From Patescibacteria group bacterium (GTDB lineage Bacteria > Patescibacteriota > Microgenomatia > UBA1406): DNA of 64,000 nt. The position numbers were made by a program, and so were the translations under genes. Below the pieces are notes generated by a model that saw nothing but the letters and a program-made list of their open reading frames with translations, did not search any database and was not told the DNA's origin. Positions 1 to 7,060 of the stretch are shown here, piece by piece (the stretch's first letter is position 1; each line of letters begins with the position of its first letter). The stretch spans positions 421,629-485,628 of the forward strand of contig JBAYJK010000001.1 in assembly GCA_041665145.1 (NCBI GenBank), in the 5' to 3' direction.

Positions 1-1073
1 TTGACGGTTCTGTTCGGCTCCTTACCGAAGAACTTCTTAACGTCTTCGATTACTTTCGGCATTCGTGTCATTCCACCGACCATGACTATTTCATCTATAT
101 CTTTTGTGGTAAGTTTCGCATCTTTCAAACACGATTCAACGGGTTTGAATGTTTTCCCGATCAATTCGGCAACCAGCGACTCAAGTTTTGCACGGGTCAG
201 TTTGGTTACAAAATGCATCGGTTGTCCGTCTCGTACCGTGATGAACGGAAGGTTTATTTCGGCTTCCATTGTTGTGGACAGCTCGATCTTCGCCTTTTCT
301 GCAGCATCACGCAGGCGTTGTAATGCCTGAGGATCCTTGGTCAAATCGATGCCGTTTTCCTTTTTGAATTCACTGGCTAAGAAGTCGAGAATGACTTTAT
401 CAAAATCATCTCCACCAAGGTGTGTATCGCCATTTGTTGCCTTTACCTGGAAAACTCCCTCACCGAGTTCAAGAGTTGTCACGTCAAAGGTACCTCCACC
501 AAGGTCGTAAACGACGATGTTGTGGGCTTGTTTTTTATCCAAGCCGTATGCCAGGGAAGCGGCTGTCGGTTCGTTAATGATGCGGATTACTTCCAGGCCT
601 GCAATTTCGCCTGCCTGTTTGGTTGCCTGTCGTTGTGCATCATCAAAGTACGCCGGCACGGTAATGACCGCTTTGTCCACTGTTTCACCAAGATACGTCT
701 CAGCATCTTTTTTGATTTTTGAGAGGATCATGGCCGAGATTTCCTGTGGCGTGAATGTCTTGCCGTCAACTTCAACATCTGCCATATTGTCGCGGCCTTT
801 TTTAATGGTATACGGAAGCCATTCCATATCGTGTTTTACCGACTGGTCCGTATATTTTTTACCCATTAACCGTTTAATGGAGAAAATTGTTTTTCTCGGA
901 TTAATAACGAGTTGCCGTTTTGCAACGTCTCCAACGACGCGCTTAATCGGGTCTACAACTGAAGGAATAACATTCCGCCCTTCAACGGATGGTATTACTT
1001 TGGGTTTACCACCCTCCATAATTGCGACACACGAATTGGTTGTGCCGAGATCGATGCCTATTGTTTTGGCCAT
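1..1073 (-). CDS. dnaK: Chaperone DnaK/Hsp70, N-terminal ~357 aa (3' end runs off the window)
   Basis: Not in the ORF track because it has no stop in the window. The reverse complement from the ATG (cat at 1071-1073) reads [27 protein letters not shown]..., and near position 1 reads [28 protein letters not shown]. These are canonical Hsp70 ATPase-domain motifs. It starts 13 nt after the grpE stop. Confidence 0.95.
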   Translation of the reverse strand, partial: MAKTIGIDLGTTNSCVAIMEGGKPKVIPSVEGRNVIPSVVDPIKRVVGDVAKRQLVINPRKTIFSIKRLMGKKYTDQSVKHDMEWLPYTIKKGRDNMADVEVDGKTFTPQEISAMILSKIKKDAETYLGETVDKAVITVPAYFDDAQRQATKQAGEIAGLEVIRIINEPTAASLAYGLDKKQAHNIVVYDLGGGTFDVTTLELGEGVFQVKATNGDTHLGGDDFDKVILDFLASEFKKENGIDLTKDPQALQRLRDAAEKAKIELSTTMEAEINLPFITVRDGQPMHFVTKLTRAKLESLVAELIGKTFKPVESCLKDAKLTTKDIDEIVMVGGMTRMPKVIEDVKKFFGKEPNRTV

Positions 1074-1086
1074 AGTATTTTTATAT

Positions 1087-1674
1087 TTATTCAGCCTGTG
1101 GCTGAGAAACTTGTAATTTACTCACAGTAACCCGCGCCGGCCGCAGTAGTTTACCGTGTAGGATATATCCTTTTTCATGAACATTAGTTACCACATTGTC
1201 TTTTTCGCCCGCTTCGACGTTAATGCACTCCATCGTATCAGGGCTGAACTCTTTACCTAGAACATCAAGCTCTGTTACACTGAACTTTTTAAAAAGAGTC
1301 GTCATTTTTTGGATAACCAGAGCAAGTCCCGGGTTTTTATCAAACACCTCAGCCTTGTCCATGTCTTCTTTCATGCCGACAAGTTCGCGTAACAGGTGCA
1401 TATTTGCTTGTTCTACAACCGTTTGTCGTTCCGCATGCATCCGTCGTTCCAGATTTTGATAATCCGCGAGCGCACGCAATGCCTGGCTCTTATACTGATC
1501 AACCTGTGTTTTTAACTCCTCAATTTCTTTAAGCAGACTATCTAAGCTAGTTCTAGATTGCTTCGTCGTTTCTTCTTCGCGCTCTCGCTTGTCGTCGTCA
1601 CTCCTCGCAATCACGTCTGGATTTGTTGTCTGTTGTTCGTTGTTTGTTGTTTGTGTGTTATTTTGCTTTTTCAT
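1087..1674 (-). CDS. grpE: Nucleotide exchange factor GrpE
   Basis: 195 aa. A charged N-terminus is followed by [19 protein letters not shown] and a C-terminal beta domain typical of GrpE. It lies between hrcA and dnaK. Confidence 0.9.
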   Translation of the reverse strand: MKKQNNTQTTNNEQQTTNPDVIARSDDDKREREEETTKQSRTSLDSLLKEIEELKTQVDQYKSQALRALADYQNLERRMHAERQTVVEQANMHLLRELVGMKEDMDKAEVFDKNPGLALVIQKMTTLFKKFSVTELDVLGKEFSPDTMECINVEAGEKDNVVTNVHEKGYILHGKLLRPARVTVSKLQVSQPQAE

Positions 1675-2413
1675 TTTGTTTTGTTAAAACTTCTTGGATA
1701 ACGTTTGCCGTATAGTTCACCAGTGGCAGTGCAGTAGAGTATTCGAGACGACAGGGTCCGATAATGCCGATAGCACCCGTAGTTAATGGACTGTTGAATT
1801 GTGCGAAAACCGCTCCTAAGTTAAACAATGGTTTATAAAGGTAATCGTCACCGATGAGTACCTGGAAATCTACATGGTGCGTGAGAAGATCGTTGAGCGC
1901 TTTTGACCAGAACGCCACGTCATCCATATAGTTAAAAACCTGTCGTGAAAATTCAAAGTCAAGAAATTCACGTATTGCAAGGAGGTTATTAACTCCCGTG
2001 TAATAGCGGAAACCGTTGTCTAGAAAAACAAGTGACAATAGACCACTCTTTTTGGCAAGCACTCGCGCTGATTCTTCTAAAAATCGGATTGTATTATCCT
2101 GATAATCCCATACCTCGTTTTTTAGTGATGCCTCTTCCGCGGTTGAAAGTTGCTTCTTGGGAAGAAGAGTTTGCAAGTAAAAACGGAATGCTTTCGGTGT
2201 GGGAATCCGACCGGAAGAGAAATGAGCCTTCTCAATGTAACCCAATTTTCCCAAAACAACCATATCATTTCTGATTGTTGCCGGTGAAAAGCCCAACTTG
2301 AACTTTTTTTCCAAAAACTCGGAACCAACGGCGTTTCCGTTGTTTATGTACTCATCAATAATGGCCTTGAGAATTTTTATCTGACGCTCGGTCAGTTCAT
2401 TTACGTTTTCCAT
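1658..2413 (-). CDS. hrcA: Heat-inducible transcription repressor HrcA (short form, 251 aa)
   Basis: The N-terminal winged helix LTERQIKILKAIIDEY...SPATIRNDMVVLGKLGYIEKAHFSSGRIPT is HrcA-like. It overlaps grpE by 17 nt, and a CIRCE-like operator lies directly upstream. Confidence 0.85.
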   Translation of the reverse strand: MENVNELTERQIKILKAIIDEYINNGNAVGSEFLEKKFKLGFSPATIRNDMVVLGKLGYIEKAHFSSGRIPTPKAFRFYLQTLLPKKQLSTAEEASLKNEVWDYQDNTIRFLEESARVLAKKSGLLSLVFLDNGFRYYTGVNNLLAIREFLDFEFSRQVFNYMDDVAFWSKALNDLLTHHVDFQVLIGDDYLYKPLFNLGAVFAQFNSPLTTGAIGIIGPCRLEYSTALPLVNYTANVIQEVLTKQNEKAK

Positions 2414-2414
2414 A

Positions 2415-2441
2415 TTAGCAGTATTGTAAACAGCCTGCTAA
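2415..2441 (-). promoter_or_regulatory. CIRCE-like inverted repeat (HrcA operator variant)
   Basis: TTAGCAG-N13-CTGCTAA is a perfect 7-bp inverted repeat. Its 27-bp total length and outer TTAGCA/TGCTAA halves match canonical CIRCE (TTAGCACTC-N9-GAGTGCTAA). It ends 1 nt from the hrcA ATG. Confidence 0.6.
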
Positions 2442-2451
2442 TATTTGTCAA
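2423..2451 (-). promoter_or_regulatory. Sigma70-type promoter of hrcA-grpE-dnaK (TTGACA-17-TACAAT), 9 nt from the ATG
   Basis: On the minus strand: TTGACA (2451-2446), 17-nt spacer, TACAAT (2428-2423), then ACTGCTAAT and the ATG. No Shine-Dalgarno sequence is present. Confidence 0.55.
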
Positions 2452-2499
2452 GAGGATTTTATCAGGAAATCACTGAGTGTGCCAGTAAGGTTTATAAGA

Positions 2500-3117
2500 T
2501 CACCTGAACCATGAAGCAACACCGAGGGATGAGGGTATTCGGCCTACTTTATAACGCAAATCTTTTAGTGGCCGTTCTCCGATTTGTTTTGCAGGCACTC
2601 CTCCCATTATGGCAAAGGGCGGGACGTCTTTTGTAACCACGGCTCCGGCACCAATTATGGAACCTTTTCCGATTGTTACTCCGGGGAGAATTATTACACG
2701 GGGACCGATAAAAACATAGTCTTCAACGGTAACAGGCTCGGTGATAGGGTGGAAATCGTCTGCTTGTATATCGTGTTGTGACGTGTAGATCATGACGTCG
2801 GATGCGATATCGACATGTGAACCAATGGTAATTTTTCCCCGACCGTCGAGCGTGGCGTTTTCACCGATGAGCGTATCGTTTCCGACGGAAATACCGCCGA
2901 TCGTATAAAGCCGTAAACCCATGTAGATAGCCGAACCTTTCCCCAAACTGATTCCACTCAGCGAATATGCACATCGGCGGACAAAATGGGAAGGAAAATG
3001 ACCGATAAGATGTAACTTAAATACCCACAATTCGAAAAAAATAGCTTTTACACGATTGAATACTTTATAGGTAATTTCGTTCGGTGACAGCTCTTTTCCG
3101 TTTTTATCGTGAACCAT
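2500..3117 (-). CDS. Hexapeptide-repeat (left-handed beta-helix) acetyltransferase, WcaF/MAT-like
   Basis: 205 aa with repeated [LIV]G-x4 hexapeptide pattern ([28 protein letters not shown]...[25 protein letters not shown]). Confidence 0.75.
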   Translation of the reverse strand: MVHDKNGKELSPNEITYKVFNRVKAIFFELWVFKLHLIGHFPSHFVRRCAYSLSGISLGKGSAIYMGLRLYTIGGISVGNDTLIGENATLDGRGKITIGSHVDIASDVMIYTSQHDIQADDFHPITEPVTVEDYVFIGPRVIILPGVTIGKGSIIGAGAVVTKDVPPFAIMGGVPAKQIGERPLKDLRYKVGRIPSSLGVASWFR

Positions 3118-3123
3118 GTAGTA

Positions 3124-3129
3124 ATTATA
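3124..3129 (-). promoter_or_regulatory. -10 box (TATAAT on minus strand) 6 nt before the acetyltransferase ATG
   Basis: Minus strand reads GGCATATAAT-TACTAC-ATG. No SD sequence is present. Confidence 0.45.
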
Positions 3130-3140
3130 TGCCTTTAAAA

Positions 3141-3149
3141 TGGTAAAAT
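3141..3149 (+). promoter_or_regulatory. Extended -10 (TGGTAAAAT) 6 nt before the uvrB ATG
   Basis: TGGTAAAAT-CTACCT-ATG(3156). No SD sequence is present. It is divergent from the acetyltransferase promoter. Confidence 0.45.
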
Positions 3150-3155
3150 CTACCT

Positions 3156-5165
3156 ATGCAATTCAAACTACATTCCCGTTTCAAACCGACAGGGGACCAA
3201 CCTCAGGCAATAGATAAGCTTGTTGAGGGTATTAAAAAAGATTATAAAGACCAGACGCTCATCGGTGTCACCGGGTCCGGAAAAACGTTCACCATAGCAA
3301 ATATGGTGGAGCGGCTGAATAAGCCGACGCTTATTATTTCGCATAATAAAACACTGGCTGCTCAGTTATACCAGGAATTCAGGGAATTCTTTCCGGAAAA
3401 CGCCGTCTCATATTTTGTCTCATATTATGATTTTTATCAACCGGAAGCATTTATCCCTTCGTCAAACACATATATTGAAAAGGAGGCGGATATTAACGAG
3501 CTTATCGATAAACTGCGTTTGCAGGCAACCACCAATCTTCTTTCTCGAAAAGATGTCTTGGTTGTTGCCTCAGTGTCATGTATCTATAACATTGGAAAAC
3601 CCGATAACTACGAACACTATACGAAAAGTATTAAAGTCGGGGATGACGTGGATCGAAAATCGTTTTATGCTCAGCTCGTACTTATGCAATATTCGCAAAG
3701 TCAGTTTGATTTTAAGCGTGGGACTTTTCGTGACCGGGGAGAGAATATCGACATCTACCCGTCATCGGAAGATATAGGGGTCCGTATCGAACTTATCGGC
3801 AATCGTATTTCGTCCCTGCGACTCATTGACCCGTTAACGGGCAAGACGGTGAAAGCATTGAATGAATACACCCTGTATCCTGCGCGACTTTATATGGCAG
3901 GTGGACAGGCGATGCAGTCAATACTTGACCAGATTCGGGAAGATGCACGGGTCGAATCAAAAGCATTAACCGATCAAGGAAAACTTGTGGAAGGCGACAG
4001 ATTATGGAAACGGGTAACTCACGATTTGGAACTTATTAAAGAAGTGGGATATGTTAACGGCATCGAGAACTATTCCCGCTACTTCGACGGCAGACAACCG
4101 GGCGAAGCTCCGTATAGTTTGTTGGAATATTTCCGACACAGCTATGAGGACGATTGGTTGCTATTTATTGACGAGTCGCACATGACTATTCCCCAGATCG
4201 GCGGGATGTATAACGGAGATTTCAGTCGTAAAGGAAACTTAATTAATTACGGTTTCAGATTGAAAGCAGCGTATGACAATCGTCCATTAAAATTTGAAGA
4301 ATTTCTGCCACGAGTAGGAAAAACCGTTTACGTTTCAGCAACACCCGCCGATTGGGAATTGAACAGGTCTCAGCAAGTGGTTGAACAACTTGTACGTCCG
4401 ACGGGAATTCCCGATCCGCAAATCAGTATTCGACCGGTAAAAAACCAGATAGATGATCTGATTAAAGAAATCGAGATTCGTGCCAAGAAAAAAGAGCGGG
4501 TGCTGGTTACGACTTTAACAAAAAGAATTGCGGAAGATTTATCGATGTTTCTGCAGGATAAAGGTGTGAAAGCGCAATATCTTCATTCGGACATTAAAAC
4601 ACTTGAGCGATCTGATGTTTTAGAAAAATTACGCAAAGGTGAATTTGATGTGCTTATTGGCATCAATCTTTTGCGTGAAGGACTTGATTTGCCCGAAGTC
4701 ACGCTTGTTGCGATATTGGACGCGGATAAGGAAGGGTTTTTGAGAAGCAAAACGGCGCTTGTCCAGACCATGGGCCGTGCGGCGCGCAACGTAGGCGGAG
4801 AAGTAATTCTCTATACCGATAAAATGACAAAGTCTATTACTGGAGCTGTGGAGGAAGTCAACCGCCGTAGAATATATCAAGAGAAATATAATAAAGAGCA
4901 CAACATTGACCCGAAAACTATTTTCAAACCTATCCGCGAAAAGGTGGTTATATCAGACGAGTCGGATCTCCAATTTTTCTTCTCAGACAAGAAATCGAAA
5001 TACGGCATGACGTCACTCAAAGACGTTACAACCGACAGCTTAACAGGTTATGACCGGAAGAAAATTATTGTTCGTCTTCGGCGACAGATGAAAAAAGAAG
5101 CGGATAACTTAAATTTCGAACTTGCCGCGCAGATAAGAGATAAAATAAAAGAATTAGAAAAATAG
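3156..5165 (+). CDS. uvrB: Excinuclease ABC subunit B
   Basis: 669 aa with a Walker A motif (GVTGSGKTFT), helicase motifs, and a C-terminal UVR motif (NFELAAQIRDKIKELE). Confidence 0.97.
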   Translation: MQFKLHSRFKPTGDQPQAIDKLVEGIKKDYKDQTLIGVTGSGKTFTIANMVERLNKPTLIISHNKTLAAQLYQEFREFFPENAVSYFVSYYDFYQPEAFIPSSNTYIEKEADINELIDKLRLQATTNLLSRKDVLVVASVSCIYNIGKPDNYEHYTKSIKVGDDVDRKSFYAQLVLMQYSQSQFDFKRGTFRDRGENIDIYPSSEDIGVRIELIGNRISSLRLIDPLTGKTVKALNEYTLYPARLYMAGGQAMQSILDQIREDARVESKALTDQGKLVEGDRLWKRVTHDLELIKEVGYVNGIENYSRYFDGRQPGEAPYSLLEYFRHSYEDDWLLFIDESHMTIPQIGGMYNGDFSRKGNLINYGFRLKAAYDNRPLKFEEFLPRVGKTVYVSATPADWELNRSQQVVEQLVRPTGIPDPQISIRPVKNQIDDLIKEIEIRAKKKERVLVTTLTKRIAEDLSMFLQDKGVKAQYLHSDIKTLERSDVLEKLRKGEFDVLIGINLLREGLDLPEVTLVAILDADKEGFLRSKTALVQTMGRAARNVGGEVILYTDKMTKSITGAVEEVNRRRIYQEKYNKEHNIDPKTIFKPIREKVVISDESDLQFFFSDKKSKYGMTSLKDVTTDSLTGYDRKKIIVRLRRQMKKEADNLNFELAAQIRDKIKELEK

Positions 5166-5168
5166 CAC

Positions 5169-5711
5169 ATGGCTGAAAAACTATTGGCAGTACTGGTTGT
5201 GATCTTGACCATCTTATTCACCGGTAACGCTGTTGTTGCTCCGGAACGGCAGAAAATTTCCCCTTCACCGAAACCTCATATTACTGCAAGTGTGTCGGCA
5301 TATCTTGCAGTAACTAAAGTTGTTGATGGGGATACGATCCATGTTTTGATCGATGGGACAAAACAGACGGTTCGCCTTATTGGAGTTGATACGCCCGAAG
5401 TTGTTGATCCCCGCAAACCCGTGCAATGTTTTGGGAAAGAAGCGTCTGCGCGTGCAAAAGAGCTGCTTACCGGAAAATCTGTGAAACTCGAAAATGACCC
5501 GACGCAAGGGGATAAAGATAAATACGGTCGGTTACTGCGTTATGTGTTTATGGAAGATGGCACCAATTTTAATAAAAAAATGATTGAAGACGGGTATGCA
5601 CATGAATACACGTACAATCTGCCGTATAAATATCGGGATGAATTTAAGCAGGCAGAACGCGACGCACGATTACACAAGCGTGGCCTGTGGGCCGATGGTG
5701 TGTGTTTATGA
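5169..5711 (+). CDS. Membrane-anchored thermonuclease (staphylococcal nuclease/SNase family)
   Basis: 180 aa. An N-terminal hydrophobic helix is followed by VVDGDTIHV...VRLIGVDTPE...GKEASARAKELL...DKYGRLLRYV...YAHEYTY...RGLWA, a typical SNase-fold pattern. Confidence 0.8.
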   Translation: MAEKLLAVLVVILTILFTGNAVVAPERQKISPSPKPHITASVSAYLAVTKVVDGDTIHVLIDGTKQTVRLIGVDTPEVVDPRKPVQCFGKEASARAKELLTGKSVKLENDPTQGDKDKYGRLLRYVFMEDGTNFNKKMIEDGYAHEYTYNLPYKYRDEFKQAERDARLHKRGLWADGVCL

Positions 5712-5736
5712 GAATATTTTCGTATCAGATTCGGTT

Positions 5737-6957
5737 TTACATAAACGAACTATAGCGAGGGTCAATATCTGCAAGTTTCGGAGCAGCACGCACTCCATCA
5801 ATAAATTCTTCCGCACCCAAATTCGCGTTTGCATGTCGGCATAAATCTATCGGGCAAGTGCTGTCTCTTTCTGTTCTATTCATCTGTTCAATAACTTCTC
5901 TGTGCTTAGAGCTCGACCATATATGGGACCAGGAATTAGTTCTAATATTACCGATAGACAAATTTTTCATGTCGATTTCCGGATTTCCCAAATACACTTC
6001 GCCGTCAGGGTCAATTGCTGCGAAATGGCTGTGAACTGCGTTATAGCAAGCACGCGTTCTCTGTACCGGTTTAGTTTGTTGCATTAATGTAGTAGCAAAT
6101 CTTGTTAGCAATGGATGGCTTGAGTAATCGGTAGATAACATATGAAAGAGCTCAGCTTTTTCCTGAAATTGAAGTTCCACAGATTGCTGGCCCTTACCAT
6201 CGCCATAGTTATAATCTTGGACAAGTCGTAAACCGACAGTATCTACTCCCAGGCTTTCAAAAAATTTAACCATCCGCGGGGTGAACATATAATTTTTCCG
6301 GTTAACCAACAGTTTTACGTTAATAACGAGATCAGGATTATATTGTTCACGAAGGGCAATAATATTTCTTATGTTTTCTACAACTCGATCAAATTTGTCC
6401 ACTTGTTCTGTGTCGTGAAATAGTTCCCGGGTATCTCCCGAACAGCTGATGGACAGTAGATTCACCGACTGTAGGTTTCTGGGGTCTTTTGTGAGTTTAT
6501 CTAGTCGAATTCCGTTTGTCTGAACAAAGTTTTGCGCAAACGTTGAAGCGAACCCAAGTGCCTCTACTATATGTGGCCACACCATCGGTTCTCCTCCACC
6601 GGCCCAATATGTTCCCCGCGTCATTCCGCCGCTTTTTAAGTCCTCTAAAAGTTTAAAGACCGTGTCACGAGGTAAATCAACCAGAGAAAGCAGGTTTCCG
6701 GGAGATATTGTACGAGCGCGCTCAATAGCAGCTTTGTTTGCATACCTATAGGAACAGTGAGTGCAATTTGCGTTACAACGCCAAGTTGGCATGATTTCTA
6801 CTGTCCATGGACCTCCTGGTGTTGGCTCATTGTCAGCTAAACGCAATTGACTTCGCACGTGTGCAATATATGCAGCCCGCTCAGCAAAGTTATATGTATT
6901 ACGACCGGAAGTATCGACTGCAACTGAAAGCGTGCCGTCGTTTGTATCAACACTCAT
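5737..6957 (-). CDS. Radical SAM enzyme of unknown specificity
   Basis: 406 aa. It has a CxxxCxxC cluster (WRCNANCTHCSY), a GGEP motif (WAGGGEPMVW), and a C-terminal region with three Cys (RACYNA...STCPIDLC) resembling a partial SPASM/twitch extension. Confidence 0.8.
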   Translation of the reverse strand: MSVDTNDGTLSVAVDTSGRNTYNFAERAAYIAHVRSQLRLADNEPTPGGPWTVEIMPTWRCNANCTHCSYRYANKAAIERARTISPGNLLSLVDLPRDTVFKLLEDLKSGGMTRGTYWAGGGEPMVWPHIVEALGFASTFAQNFVQTNGIRLDKLTKDPRNLQSVNLLSISCSGDTRELFHDTEQVDKFDRVVENIRNIIALREQYNPDLVINVKLLVNRKNYMFTPRMVKFFESLGVDTVGLRLVQDYNYGDGKGQQSVELQFQEKAELFHMLSTDYSSHPLLTRFATTLMQQTKPVQRTRACYNAVHSHFAAIDPDGEVYLGNPEIDMKNLSIGNIRTNSWSHIWSSSKHREVIEQMNRTERDSTCPIDLCRHANANLGAEEFIDGVRAAPKLADIDPRYSSFM

Positions 6958-6965
6958 ATCGTCGT

Positions 6966-6974
6966 ATTATACCA
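6966..6974 (-). promoter_or_regulatory. Extended -10 (TGGTATAAT on minus strand) 8 nt before the radical SAM ATG
   Basis: Minus strand reads TGGTATAAT-ACGACGAT-ATG(6957). No SD sequence is present. Confidence 0.45.
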
Positions 6975-7041
6975 CTTCTATCCTATAGAAGTATATAATA
7001 GTCGGATCATAAAAGTGGTTCTGTTAATATCATCACTAATT

Positions 7042-7050
7042 TGGTATACT
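7042..7050 (+). promoter_or_regulatory. Extended -10 (TGGTATACT) 10 nt before the uvrA ATG
   Basis: TGGTATACT-TTTACCCTTT-ATG(7061). No SD sequence is present. Confidence 0.4.
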
Positions 7051-7060
7051 TTTACCCTTT

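Noticed and set aside
1-1116. Plus-strand ORFs 1-330, 420-722 and 517-1116 from the ORF track
   Set aside because: They are antisense shadows of dnaK. The minus strand translates into unmistakable Hsp70 sequence, while these products are low-complexity and match nothing I recognise.
6974-6992. An 8-3-8 palindrome ACTTCTAT-CCT-ATAGAAGT upstream of the radical SAM and uvrA genes (possible SOS-type operator), plus the 13-mer TTCTATCCTATAG shared with 17081-17093
   Set aside because: A back-of-envelope estimate, (N^2/2)/4^13 with N=64000, gives roughly 30 chance 13-mer matches. 8-bp inverted repeats with short loops are also expected by chance in 64 kb. The two copies sit at different distances from their promoters, and neither resembles known LexA boxes.
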